The notes beneath the pieces were generated by a model that did no database searches, had not been told where the DNA came from, and saw nothing but the letters and a program-made list of their open reading frames with translations. A program made the translations under genes and the position numbers. A stretch of 64,000 bases of DNA from a bacterium (GTDB lineage Bacteria; SAR324; NAC60-12), in contig CBDBHR010000029.1 of assembly GCA_965205865.1 (NCBI GenBank), positions 640,001-704,000 on the forward strand, in the 5' to 3' direction. Shown one piece after another: positions 9,696-20,540 of this stretch. The stretch's first letter is position 1. The number at the start of each line of letters is the position of its first letter.

Positions 9696-10387
9696 GTGCG
9701 CCAGGAAAGCTGGCAAGAAATAGAGAGTGAAAGTCTCTTACTCGGTAAGGCAGTAACGACCCGCTGAGTCCCCGAGTCATGAGTGGTTATTCGCAAGGAT
9801 AGGCGCTAAGCGTTGACAGGGGAGAACATAGGCTCGGTATTGAGCTCCGAAATCATAGTTTCAGGCGCTGACCTTGTGGTCTGGTGGAAAAGGCAATATC
9901 AACCGAAGGCCTTAGCGTGAGTCTCGGCTGAGCCTGGCGGAGTCAAAGACCCGGTGCATGTGTGGAAGTTTCTTGATCGGAACCTGGGAGATCCTGAAGA
10001 CGACTGTCAACATTCTATTGGTAGTCGGATCGGGAAAATTAATAAATAACCCCGATATCTACGTCTTCAGGAAGTCGGACAAGTTCGTAGTAGCGATGAA
10101 GCGGCGAACAATGAGATAATTTGCAGAGAGTAACAATGCAAAGGAAATCAACGGAGCCTGTGGAGCAAAGGGACTTGGCTGAGAGGAATTCTGCTTGCCC
10201 TCCTGTGTTCGGAACTCAGAGGCCGGTAAAATCAGAGAGCGGTTTAAGCAGGGTGCGCCAAACGGCAACGTTTGAGCGTCTGACTCGAAGCAGGAGCCGG
10301 ATGCGTTAGCAGCGCACGTCCGGATCTGTACTGGAGGAATGACGAAAGGTGGCTGGAAACCACTATAAGTCAGTTCTTTACGGTGAC
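9696..10387 (+). ncRNA. ORF-less group II intron (692 nt)
   Basis: 5' GTGCG; domain V GAGCCGGATGCGTTAGCAGCGCACGTCCGGATC (10294-10326); domain VI ending ..GGTGAC; typical domain I-III motifs (GTATTGAGCTCCGAAA, GGAACCTGGGAGATCC, GGAAGTCGGAC, GGAGCAAAGGG); no RT ORF. Confidence 0.9.
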
Positions 10388-10459
10388 TTTGATTAAATTG
10401 TATTTTGTTAAATTCTATGGTTAGCATTGCTCCAGACTTGAGAGCAACCGAGAGGAAAA

Positions 10460-11304
10460 ATGGCAAGAAAACGAAGAGTTCATTAACCGGGAGCGGTCTA
10501 TCATGTGATGCTTCGTGGCAATGGGGGGCAGGGCTTTTTTTTGATGATGATCGTTTTTATTTTGGAGAGTTACTTTTGGAGGGAGTGGCGCGTTTTGAAC
10601 ATCGTATCCACGGGTTTTGTTTTATGGGCAATCATGTTCACTTGGTGGTTCAAGTGGGTGTGATTCCGCTGTCTCGCATTGTTCAAAATGTGTCATTTCG
10701 TTATACTCGCTGGATCAACAAAAAACAAAAACGGATGGGAAATTTGTTTCAGAGGCGCTATAAAGCGATTTTAGTGGATGCCGATCAGTATTTATTAGAG
10801 TTAATTCGCTATGTTCACCTGAATCCGATTCGGAACGGGCTCGTCAACGATCCGAAACAATATTTTTGGTCAAGCCATGCCGTGTATACGGGAAAGAGAA
10901 AGATGCCTTGGGTTCATACAGAGTGGGTTCACGCTCAATTTTCCAGGCACTCAGGTCATGCTCGACGGATGTATCGTCGCTATGTTGAGGAAGCTATGGA
11001 GGACACCCTACCCCCCGAGTTCGAAAAAGGGAATAAAGAAGGAAGGATTTTGGGAGATGATCACTTTGCGGAAAGTGCATTACAACAAGCGGGAGAGCCC
11101 ATTCACCAAACATTGGAGTTGGAAGTCTGGGGAGAGCGTTGTGGTCGAGATGGTGTCACCTTAAGCAATGCCATTCAAATTTTGCTAAAACGCACCAAAA
11201 CAGACAAAGATTTGGTAAACAGAATGAAAGAAATTGAGGAAAAACTATTAATCTCTTTCGGGTCTAACTCGCCGCAGCCGCTCAGCGTACCGTTGCTGCG
11301 TTGA
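10460..11304 (+). pseudogene. REP-associated tyrosine transposase (RAYT, Y1 HUH)
   Basis: MARKRRVH*PGAVYHVMLRGN, then a frameshift; FCFMGNHVHL (HUH), LFQRRYKAILV, YVHLNP, WSS. Confidence 0.88.
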
Positions 11305-11435
11305 AAAAAAGATAATCCGACAAAATACTCCGCTCGAGCGAAGCGAAAGTCGAGCCTCAACGAGAGAGCATGCTTCAGGATAGTTTATTTGAATAATGAA
11401 ACGTCAAATGAAATAATAAAAGGCCTGACCCCATT

Positions 11436-11810
11436 TTGCGCCATATCCTGATTCTCCATGTCCTGCCCAATATTATGGCGCCGATCATCATCATCTTCTC
11501 GATCAACATTGGCGGCGTCATCATTGCCGAGGCGTCGCTGAGCTTCCTCGGATTCGGGTTACCCCTCAAGATTCCCAGTTGGGGAGGAATGCTCAGCCGG
11601 GAAGGGCGTCAGTTCATGGAGATTGCCCCCCGGCTGGCGCTCTGGCCGGGGCTTTGTCTGACTCTTGTCGTCTACTCCCTCAACATGTTCGGCGACGCGG
11701 TGAGAGACCTGCTCGATCCCCGGTTGAGGGGCAGTGGGGGCCGTTATAGCACCACGATGAAACGCAAACGAGGCCTCCTGGCCCGACTGATCAACCCTTT
11801 CAATGGGTAA
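11436..11810 (+). pseudogene. DppC/OppC-type ABC permease, C-terminal fragment
   Basis: HVLPN..EASLSFLGFG..GDAVRDLLDPR; begins 3 nt after the TGACCCC end. Confidence 0.88.
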
Positions 11811-11917
11811 TCAGAAAAATGAAAATAGCCTTTGCTCTTTCAAAGTAGTAGGGTTAAAATCATACTGCTCGATACAGCGGATCACTCAGCACTTTAAAAT
11901 CTATAAGGAGTATATGT

Positions 11918-12135
11918 ATGCCTACTTACATAACCCCGCTTGATACAAAAGAGGATGCCCTTGAAGTCGTCGGCGGTAAAGGCCGATCGCTTGCCAAATT
12001 GGCAAACACCGGTTTTCAAGTCCCTGGCGGTTTTCAGATAACCACGGCGGCTTATCGGCGTTTTGTCGCTGATAACGGCCTGCAGGAACAAATCATTGAT
12101 TTAGCCAAGCCCGCTGTCGTCGAGGGGAGAGCTTT
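11918..12135 (+). pseudogene. PEP/pyruvate-binding enzyme, N-terminal fragment
   Basis: VGGKGRSLAKL..VPGGFQITTAAY; paralogous to 56516..58726; truncated after ~72 codons. Confidence 0.82.
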
Positions 12136-12257
12136 GATAAAATATTTTAAATTTTATGCGAAAGGCTCCTCAGTGAACTGCGGGAACGTGGTAAGTGAAC
12201 TCACCATGAGACAGACCCCGGTGCTGTGAGCGCAAACCTTAATCTTGAGTAAGACAA

Positions 12258-13100
12258 ATGGAAGCAACACTTGAACTCAATCAATACCTTTATGACCTCT
12301 AGGGCTACCTCGTCATCGAAGACGTGCTCACTAAGTTGCAGGTCGAGGAATTAAATGCGCTCATTGACGAGCGATTTCCCCCCTTTCCGGACAACTGGCG
12401 CGAGATCGTCCAAAAAGATCCTCAGGAAGCCATTCGCTTTTATCGATTTGGGATGGCCGGCGGTTCGCATGAGACCGGGCCGGGCTTTCTGGAGTGGGGC
12501 CAATCGTTTCTCGATTTAGTCGATCATCCGGTCGTCATGCAAATCCTGCGTTTGCAGTTAGGGGATTGTTTTCGCTTAGATCGGATCTTTGGGATGCGCA
12601 TGGAAAAGGGGATGCCGAACGGACGTTTGCATTCGGACTATGGGCACTCGGAACCCTATACCCGTGCCCAACCGAGTCAGTATTACGTTCAGCCAGCCTA
12701 TCAAGCGTTGCATGGCTTTGGTGTGGTGGTGTTCAATTTAACAGACAGTGGGCCCGAGACTGGAGGCTTGCGACTCATTCCAGGAAGTCACAACAGCCAC
12801 TTCAAGCTACCGGAGCAGATTCGCAACGAAGAATATGCCGACGTCGTGATCAGCCCGCGAGCGCCAGCAGGGAGTGTTACAATATTTTCAGAAGCAACCA
12901 CCCACGGCACAGCTTCATGGCAAACCGATCATGAACGCCGGACACTGCTCTACAAATACTGTGCGTCCCAATTGACCTATGCGCGCACCCGGGTCACAGC
13001 CCCCGAAGGACTCCTCTTGAGCAAACGTCAGCAACGCCTTTTAGAATCACCTGCAGCGGCCCATTCGTTCTTTCCCTCACTGTTCGACGAGAAAAGATAG
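12258..13100 (+). pseudogene. Phytanoyl-CoA dioxygenase (PhyH) family, in-frame TAG at 12300
   Basis: MEATLELNQYLYDL*GYLVIEDVL; LHSD, IPGSH, THG and RR motifs. Confidence 0.8.
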
Positions 13101-13179
13101 TCTCTGAAACAACCCGTCGAATATCTGAAAGAATGAGTGTGATATCCTCGACATTAAAGGAAGGGAGCATTCTTTTGAG

Positions 13180-13562
13180 CAAATGTGTATTTTCTGGCAG
13201 CCAGGGCCGTGGGCGTCCCCATGTACCAAATCCTCTTCCGGCATGTGCTGCCCAACATCATGGCGCCCATGATCGTCATCTTCACCGTGACCATTGGCGA
13301 CGTGATCATTGCCGAGGCCTCCCTGAGCTTCCTCGGTCTTGGGCTTCCCCCCGATGTCACCAGCTGGGGGGGGATGCTCAGTTGGGAAGGACGCCGATAC
13401 ATGGAGAGGGTCCCGGCGCTGGCTCTCTGGCCCGGGCTTTCCCTGTGCATCGTTGTCTGGGGCACCAACTTGTTCGGCGACGCGTTGAGAGACCTGCTCG
13501 ACCCCAGCCTGAGGGGTGGTGTCGGGCGCTTTGGAGCCGCGAAGATGAAGAAGGCTCTATGA
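13180..13562 (+). pseudogene. DppC/OppC-type ABC permease, C-terminal fragment
   Basis: YFLAARAVG (EAA loop)..HVLPN..GDALRDLLDP; N-terminal half missing. Confidence 0.85.
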
Positions 13563-13651
13563 AATAACCTAAGGACGCCAACCTCCAGCGCTGCGGCCGG
13601 TCACCGGTGACGCAGTCCAAAACATTATCATTTAGAAAGGTAGGGATACTC

Positions 13652-14563
13652 ATGACTGATTTTAAAGCAATCGCCTCCTCGCTCGAGGAACAGGGCTTCT
13701 GCGTTATCCCGGAATTCCTGAGCCGTGAAGAGATCGACTTCCTCGTGGAAGAATTCGATGCAAGCCCAGACTATGGTCCGGAATCCGTGGCCACAGCGCG
13801 AATTGGGCGAAAAGAAGCCTTCGCAAAAATGCGTCCTCGCATGGAAGCGTTCGCCCAGGAGATCACCGGAGCCAAGGCCGCGCTCTATCAAATGCAATAT
13901 TTCCAAACTCCAGTAATCAACCACCCCTTTCATCAGGATCACGATCAATTTTTCATGACGGAGTACAATCGGACAAATCTCAATTCCTGGATTCCGTTGG
14001 TCAAGCCCTCGCGCACCGAGTGGGGACTGCACCTGATTCCCTTTGATCGGCTTGGCGAAAATTCGCCGCGACTCTTCAACCTCTGTCGGCGCTCAGGCGC
14101 GAGTAGACTGCTCTCGCTTCGTGGTGGGGGGACCTTTTACATCTCCGACTGGAGCGAGGTCACCTGGATCGAGGAGGGCCTCGAAGTCGAGGAGGTCATG
14201 GAGACGCCAGAGGTGGGCCCCGGCGACATGCTGCTGATGCGCTTCAACGTAATCCACGCGACACAGAGCAAGAATAGGAAGTGGATTCACCCAATCGATG
14301 CTACGCCTATGCCCGCCGCGACACAGACGACCGAGGATCGGCGCATCGCTGTGGCGTTACGCACTTGCGATCCGGAGACGCCGATCGACTGGCATCGGGT
14401 GGCCGCCAGTCACACACCGGTAAAAATTCTTGATCTCGTGACCGGAAGCCAGCAATCGGACCGGCATAGGTTGAATTTCACGGCTTTTCGACACAACCGG
14501 GAAAACAACTTCGGCACCACTCTGGGGGACATCGTGCCGACCCTGACTGGTGTGCGGGACTGA
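13652..14563 (+). CDS. PhyH-like Fe(II)/2OG dioxygenase
   Basis: EQGFCVIPEFLS, FHQD, WIPL, PGDMLL..IHAT; RBS before ATG 13652. Confidence 0.72.
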   Translation: MTDFKAIASSLEEQGFCVIPEFLSREEIDFLVEEFDASPDYGPESVATARIGRKEAFAKMRPRMEAFAQEITGAKAALYQMQYFQTPVINHPFHQDHDQFFMTEYNRTNLNSWIPLVKPSRTEWGLHLIPFDRLGENSPRLFNLCRRSGASRLLSLRGGGTFYISDWSEVTWIEEGLEVEEVMETPEVGPGDMLLMRFNVIHATQSKNRKWIHPIDATPMPAATQTTEDRRIAVALRTCDPETPIDWHRVAASHTPVKILDLVTGSQQSDRHRLNFTAFRHNRENNFGTTLGDIVPTLTGVRD

Positions 14564-14587
14564 AAATCCGGGGACAGTTACTAATTT

Positions 14588-15523
14588 TTAAATGCTGGGA
14601 TCGGAATCTTTATCTTGGAGGAGAACACGGAGCCGTTCGACTTCCGCAAGAGCTTTTTCTTCTCTTTGCAAGGCGTCTTCTTTTTGTTGCCGCTCTTTTT
14701 CTTTTTGTTGTCGCTCTTTTTCTTCTCTTTGCAAGGCGTCTTCTTTTTGTTGTCGCTCTTTTTCTTCTCTTTGCAAGGCGTCTTCTTTTTGTTGTCGCTC
14801 TTTTTCTTTTTGTTGTCGCTCTTGTTGGAAGCTTTTCAGGAGGAACGGCTGGTAGAGGGGATCATCGATTAATTTTTCAAAGGCCACCTGTTTTTCTAAA
14901 TCCTGAAGACGAAATGCGAATCGATCCAAAACCCTGGAATGAATCACGCCGGGCTCTTTGCTCTTCATCCTTTCATAAACCCCCTGCTCATTGAGAGCAT
15001 AGAAGGCGGTATGCTTGCGCAAACGGTCTAATATATAATATTCCGCTACCCCCGCTTTGGCGTATTCTTCTTTTTTGTGAATCGTATCCCGTTCCACCTC
15101 CGAGGGAGTCGAGTCGGATAAAAACTCTATACAGAGGTCACACACCCCATGAAACGAACGATCCAACTGTTTGGCCTCGACAGGATTGGAGTGAAGAATC
15201 ACGGCCAGATCCGGTTTGCGAATACTCACCTTTTTCTTTCCCAGTTCCAAACGAAAGCCCATTTCCAATGCCATGATTCGCCCTTGAGGGAAGACGGTTA
15301 AATATTCTTCTAATAAGCGCAAGAACCATTGATACAGGGAGATGCTTAAAAAATCTGGCATGGGCTTTTCCTCCAAGAGTCCATTGTTCCATTCATATTG
15401 ACTATCCGGGTGTTCATAGTACGTCTTCCAATACTCTGCCTCACTCACCCTGAGGGGCTCCCTGGCAGATGGAGGAAACCGTGTAGGAGTGGTGTTGTTT
15501 TTGATGGATTCTAAAGAAGCCAT
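14588..15523 (-). CDS. Uma2-family endonuclease with repetitive coiled-coil tail
   Basis: RKPDL, DLCIEFLS, KKEEYAKAGVAEYYILD; GAGGAC RBS before ATG 15523; 21/42-bp repeats at ~14650-14825. Confidence 0.88.
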   Translation of the reverse strand: MASLESIKNNTTPTRFPPSAREPLRVSEAEYWKTYYEHPDSQYEWNNGLLEEKPMPDFLSISLYQWFLRLLEEYLTVFPQGRIMALEMGFRLELGKKKVSIRKPDLAVILHSNPVEAKQLDRSFHGVCDLCIEFLSDSTPSEVERDTIHKKEEYAKAGVAEYYILDRLRKHTAFYALNEQGVYERMKSKEPGVIHSRVLDRFAFRLQDLEKQVAFEKLIDDPLYQPFLLKSFQQERQQKEKERQQKEDALQREEKERQQKEDALQREEKERQQKEKERQQKEDALQREEKALAEVERLRVLLQDKDSDPSI

Positions 15524-15719
15524 GAGGTCCTCAATGGGAATGAGAAGTGAAATTTGTGGTCTTTTTAACAGGATAACATAGTGTGAGGAGGACTGCAATT
15601 TTCCATTTTTGTAATTCGGAGGCGCATTCATCGGTGAGTTGCTATATTCAAACAAAAAAAGCTTGACCCCTTCTGAAGCCTCAAAGAGGGTTAAAGAATT
15701 TCTGCTGGTCTTTTGTTTT

Positions 15720-15990
15720 CTTTTTTGATAATTTTCAACGAAAATGCCTTTAGTTGAAGGTTTTATTTCAATTTCGCTACTTATTTAGCCGAAAGTCATG
15801 TAAAATATTATATTCTCCCCAGAGGATTTTTAGAAACTGTCAACTGGGAATGGAAAAGTGCAAAAAATGTTGACTTCTGTATCTTAACATGAAAAAGTCT
15901 TTTCGTTGATCATCAGAAGACACTCCTGAATGAGTCGCCCTACTTAAAAAAAGTTTGACAAACGTTTGCGGAGCGATTATAGTTTCTACC
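15720..15990 (+). repeat. Promoter-platform segment with promoter TTGACA-17-TATAGT (15955-15983)
   Basis: Inverted homologue of ~50765-51040. Confidence 0.75.
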
Positions 15991-16012
15991 AAGGATAAAA
16001 GGGCAAATGCGA

Positions 16013-17764
16013 CCCTGCAATTAGCAGTGTACCATCAAACATGGAAATGTAATAGTACTTGAATAGTTAACCCAGTTTCAACATTTTAACCTAGATCACC
16101 AATTGACCATGAAAAACAAAGAGTAGCGCAAGATCGGCAAGAACGTTTTTTTAAAAAAATCCATTTGAGCCAGTTGATTTCCATCAGTCCTTGCGCAAGC
16201 AGGCTTGATTCCGCCCTCCATTAGTCGTCAAATTTTTTCACAAAGAAGGGATTGTTTCGCGGGACAGAGCAGACCGTAGATCATCGGCGTGGCGCCATTT
16301 GGGTCTTTATGACGCGGTGTATCCATGGTCATTTTGAAACGGTGGTCGGCATTGTTCTGGCGACCCATGCGATTCGTTCGATTGTGACAGTTTGGAACGA
16401 CCGTGTTCTTGAGTCGTGTGGCCGGTTTTTGAGGATTCCGGATGAAACCACATTCGGCCGGATTTTACTGCGTACTTTCACACAGAAAAAGTCGCATGAG
16501 ATGGCCGAGCTTGAACCATCGGATTCGAGCCGGTATCTGGCGTAAGGCACTTCGAAGTGGGACAAGCATCGTTGGGGTGTTACACTGTCTTGTGATTGAC
16601 GTGGACTCGCACTGTGAAAACGGCCTGTTGGCAAGCCAAGGAGTGTCTGTCGGATATAATCCACACAAACGCAGGTGCAGCTTCGTCAATCATCCTCTGC
16701 TGACCGCATTTTGGCCATACTCAAAGGAGATTCTTCAGGGTTGGCTTCGTGATGTGAGTGCCTATACCAAAAATGGAGTCGTTGACTCCTTCATCTCAAA
16801 GAGGGTGCGGCAACTTCTCGAGTCACCTTCCAAATCGGACTCGCACTCTGTTTCGTGGAGACAGTGGTTTTTTTGTGGGGGACCATTGCTGGATTTCCTC
16901 GAAGAACGAGGCCATGGCTATCTGATCAAGGTCAAACTCAAGGGGCTTGTCTCGTTGTTGGAAACCCAAAAATGGCAAAAAGTGAAAGCCCGCTTGGGAA
17001 GGGTTTGAGTGATTAGCCACCAATCGTGAAACTTCGAGGAGGTCAAGAAAATTCATGGCCGTACGCAGGGAGAAAGAGGAGGAACTGTCTCAAAGGGATG
17101 GCCACCCTCTTTGAAGATGAAGAAGTACGATGAATTTTTGCTGGTTATGCACTCATCACTGAAGCTCACTCCCTGGCAGGCTCACAAAGAGTATGGCCAA
17201 AGGGCGGTCGCTGAGACATGGATGAGGAAGCAAAAAATCAAACTGCGCTGGTGGGGATTAAATCCGACATTTTTGGGCCAACAGTGCCTTGTTGCTTGCG
17301 CGATAGGCTCGTTTTCAACACGCTGGAGTCCACGTCCCTTTGTAGTGTAAACGCAATACTGCGCTTGGGAACCGGCCACCATGCGCACCTATCTTGTCCG
17401 AATGGCAGGAAAATGGACGATGGCGCTCGTCAACAAAAACTGAGAGTTCCGGAAAGAACACTTTACAATGCTCAATGGGATGCATGGAATCGCTGTTGGA
17501 GAGACCTGGAACCTTTGTTTCACTCAATACATTTTGCTGAGATGTAGTTCCAAATCCAGGGACAAGTACGTCTTGAATCTTGTGCGCCACCAAGCGGGTA
17601 TCAGACCATCGACAAAATATGACGCGTCTAATGGAGGGCGGAAAAACCTTTATGATCAAGGACTGATGGAAATTCAACTCTCAAATCCTTTTTTTAAAAA
17701 AACCCGGAATCAAAGAGGGGTCAGGTCTCTGCCTCAATGGCAAAATATTCAATTGCAGGATTTA
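16013..17764 (+). mobile_element. IS1380 copy 3, riddled with indels (probable consensus artefact)
   Basis: Colinear with 1387-3082, with many 1-3 nt indels and a duplicated flank. Confidence 0.75.
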
Positions 17765-17885
17765 TCTTGGTACTATAGTTTCTTCCAAGGATAAAAGGGC
17801 AATATGCGACCCTTCACTTTGCAGTCGTACCATCAAGAGGACATGAGTTTGAAATTAACCCGTTTCAAATATAAAATAAAAAAAA

Positions 17886-17914
17886 TTGACAAGAGGTTAA
17901 AATGAGAGTACGAT
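17886..17914 (+). promoter_or_regulatory. Sigma70-type promoter TTGACA-17-TACGAT
   Basis: Homologous to 4372-4400 and 9406-9434. Confidence 0.72.
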
Positions 17915-18002
17915 CCCGGCACCCGCGCACCTAGCCCCTAGTTCCAAGTTTCCATTCTCAAGTTCTCAGTTCCAAGCACCAAGCACCAAGTTCCCCATCC
18001 CA

Positions 18003-18076
18003 AGTTCTACCCCCTTATCTCATCTTGACGGCGACGCCCAGTCCGAGGGGAAGAGATCCTTCAGATTCCTCGTTCC
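18003..18076 (+). other. Conserved leader motif, copy C
   Basis: TTCTACCCCCTT..TCTTGACGGCGACGCCCAGTCCGAGGGGAAGAGATCCTT. Confidence 0.55.
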
Positions 18077-18119
18077 CCGTTCCAGGATTGGAACGTCACG
18101 GGGGAATTTGGACATCATC

Positions 18120-18142
18120 GACGCCTGAGTGCGTCTTTTTTT
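18120..18142 (+). terminator. Candidate intrinsic terminator
   Basis: GACGC-CTGAGT-GCGTC-T7. Confidence 0.55.
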
Positions 18143-18218
18143 CATGCATTTCTTATCAGGAGCAGCCTATGGTGAAATGAAGTAAGCCGAAAATGAATTT
18201 TTATTCCTTCAACCTAAA

Positions 18219-20540
18219 TAGTGCTTGGCCGAAAAATACTCAAATTGCTGATATTAAATGACAATTCTTCAATTTCACAGGATGAAGATTGGTTTGATGC
18301 AGTGTTCAGATGGCCAAAATCAGCAAAAAATGGGATTTTTATGAGTTTCTCCAAAATCTTCGTTTCTTGAAAATAGGTGAATACCATTAAATATCATGTA
18401 AAGTCTTTCATTAATTATATCAAGATGATAAACTGATACTTGTGACGCGAAGATTTGAGAAAACCCGAGTGCGCGCCACCTCGCATGAAGGGTCAATCGT
18501 TGCAGTTACAGTATCTTCGGACTGGTTTCTTTCGTTTTTCCGTAAATCTTCAAGATTTGAAATTTTATGCGCACCATAGGTGACCCCCAGATGAAGTTCG
18601 GCGAAGTCGACATTGCCGCCATCGAGTTGGATCTAAAATCCCGTGATGACATCCCCCCTATCCTTCGCGGTTTGCAATACATATACGCCACGCCAGCATT
18701 ACGCGCATCGGTATTCAAGGTTCTGGAACGAGTCATCCCCTCGCGAAGCGGTCCGGGCCTGAGCAACGAAGACAGGCATCGCAAAGCGGACCCCCGTCTT
18801 GGGCGTCCCGGGATGGAGCAGTGGAAGATTCTGGTGCTTGGCGTACTGCGCCTGGGTCTCAACACCGATTACGACCGCATCCATGAGTTGGCTAACCATC
18901 ACGACACCATCCGGCAGATGCTCGGACATGGTGGGTGGGAGGACAAAACGACATACAACCGGCAGACTATCAAGGATAACCTGCGTCTTTTCACACCTGA
19001 GATTCTCGATGAGATCAATCAGTTGGTTGTCAAAGCCGGACATGGGCTGGTAAAAAAAAACGCCCCAAAAGATGGGCCAACCCGAATTCGCACGGAGAAG
19101 AAGATTGAACTTCATGATTCAAGCAAGGCGCTACGTGCACGCTGCGACTCCTTTGTGGTTGAAACCAATGTACATTATCCGACCGACATCAACCTGCTCT
19201 TCGACGCCGTACGCAAGACGGTTGAAGAATGCGCCAGGCTTTCACGGAGTTGCCAGTTGGAGGGCTGGCGACAATATCGGTTCAACCTCAGGCAGTTCAA
19301 AAAGCAGTATCGTCTCATCCAAAAGCTCAGGCTCTCCACTTCGAAAGTTGAGCAAATAAAGCGTGCCCGTGAAGATAAAGAGGCGCAAGGAATATCTCAA
19401 ATACGTCCTCATGGCCAATGGGTATCAACTGCGAGTCCGGACAAGCCTGGAACTTTTGGAAAAACGGGTGCGCTCCTCCAAACTGCTACGCTTGCGGGAG
19501 TACATGGGCTATGCAAAAAAACTCATGAGCCAAATCATCCGCAGGGTGCGCTTCAACGAAACCATCCCTCATCATGAAAAAATCTTCTCCATCTTCGAGC
19601 CCCACACCGAGTGGATCAGCAAGGGCAAGGTGGGAGTGCCGGTGGAACTCGGACTCAGGGTCAACCTCATTGAGGACCAGGATCAATTCATCCTTCACCA
19701 TCAGGTGATGCGCAGGCAGACCGATGAGAAGGTGGCCGTGGAAATCGTCGAAGAAACCAAAAAACGCTTCCCCGAGCTTGCGGTCGTGAGTTGGGACAAG
19801 GGCGCTCACAGCCCACAGAATCAGCGTGAACTCAAAGCACTGCTGGATCTTGTCGTGCTTCCCAAAAAAGGCAAGTTGAGCAAAGCAGACCGGCAGAGAG
19901 AAGATTCCCGGGAATTCAAACTCCTGCGCCGCCAACACTCTGCGGTCGAATCCGCCATCAACGCTCTGGAAGTGCACGGACTCGACCGATGTCCGGATCA
20001 TGGAATCAAGGGGTTCGAACGCTATGTCGCTCTGGCTGTGCTTGCAAAAAACATCCACCGTCTCGGCACCGTCCTGCGTGAACAGCAAAAAGAACGGCAG
20101 CGTCGTAAACGAGGACCCTGCAAAAAAGCGGCCTGAACCCAAGAGTGACTCCCCATTCTGAAACAAGAGGGGAGGCCGGGAGAGGGGGCGAGTGTCCAAA
20201 AATAGAGGGGGTAACAAAAAATTAGGGATCCCAAAGAAAAATAGCTTCAATTCTCTAAAATCTCGACTTTGAACATTTTATTCAACTTTTGGGTTTAATA
20301 AAATCAATGTCTTACGAATCTGTATTGGAATTAATACAGGTCGTGTCATCAAAAATGGAAAACAGTAACCTGTATTAATTTTTTACAGAATTTCAACCAA
20401 TTGATATTATTGAATAATGAAAATTAAAAGAATAAATCGAATATCCAAAGTCCAGCTAAAATATGGCTTGTTCAAAAACAAATGTTCTCGCGGGTTCTAC
20501 ACCTCCTATTAGTAAAATTGTATTTTTCTGTCAGGCACTA
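18219..20540 (+). mobile_element. ISNCY/IS5-like insertion sequence
   Basis: Imperfect 21-bp TIR TAGTGCTTGGCCGAAAAATAC / GTATTTTTCTGTCAGGCACTA. Confidence 0.8.
18567..20136 (+). pseudogene. DDE transposase split by a frameshift near 19370-19390
   Basis: DSFVVETNVHYPTD in ORF1; KIFSIFEPHT, WDKG and RHSAVESAI-type motifs in ORF2. Confidence 0.82.

Larger units (their letters stand above)
9685..11432 (+). mobile_element. RAYT-like (HUH Y1) element with inverted ends, left end split by a group II intron
   Basis: Left GGGGTCAGGCT|TTTGATTA (after intron removal); right TAATAAAAGGCCTGACCCC. Confidence 0.7.

Noticed and set aside
12300-12302. In-frame TAG (and stops at 5100, 10484) as possible recoding or alternative genetic code
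   Set aside because: Core genes end normally at TAA/TAG/TGA and the stops occur in a decaying region; point mutations are simpler
11433-14570. Classical integron cassette array
   Set aside because: No tyrosine-recombinase integrase and no recognisable attC (RYYYAAC..GTTRRRY) sites at the junctions
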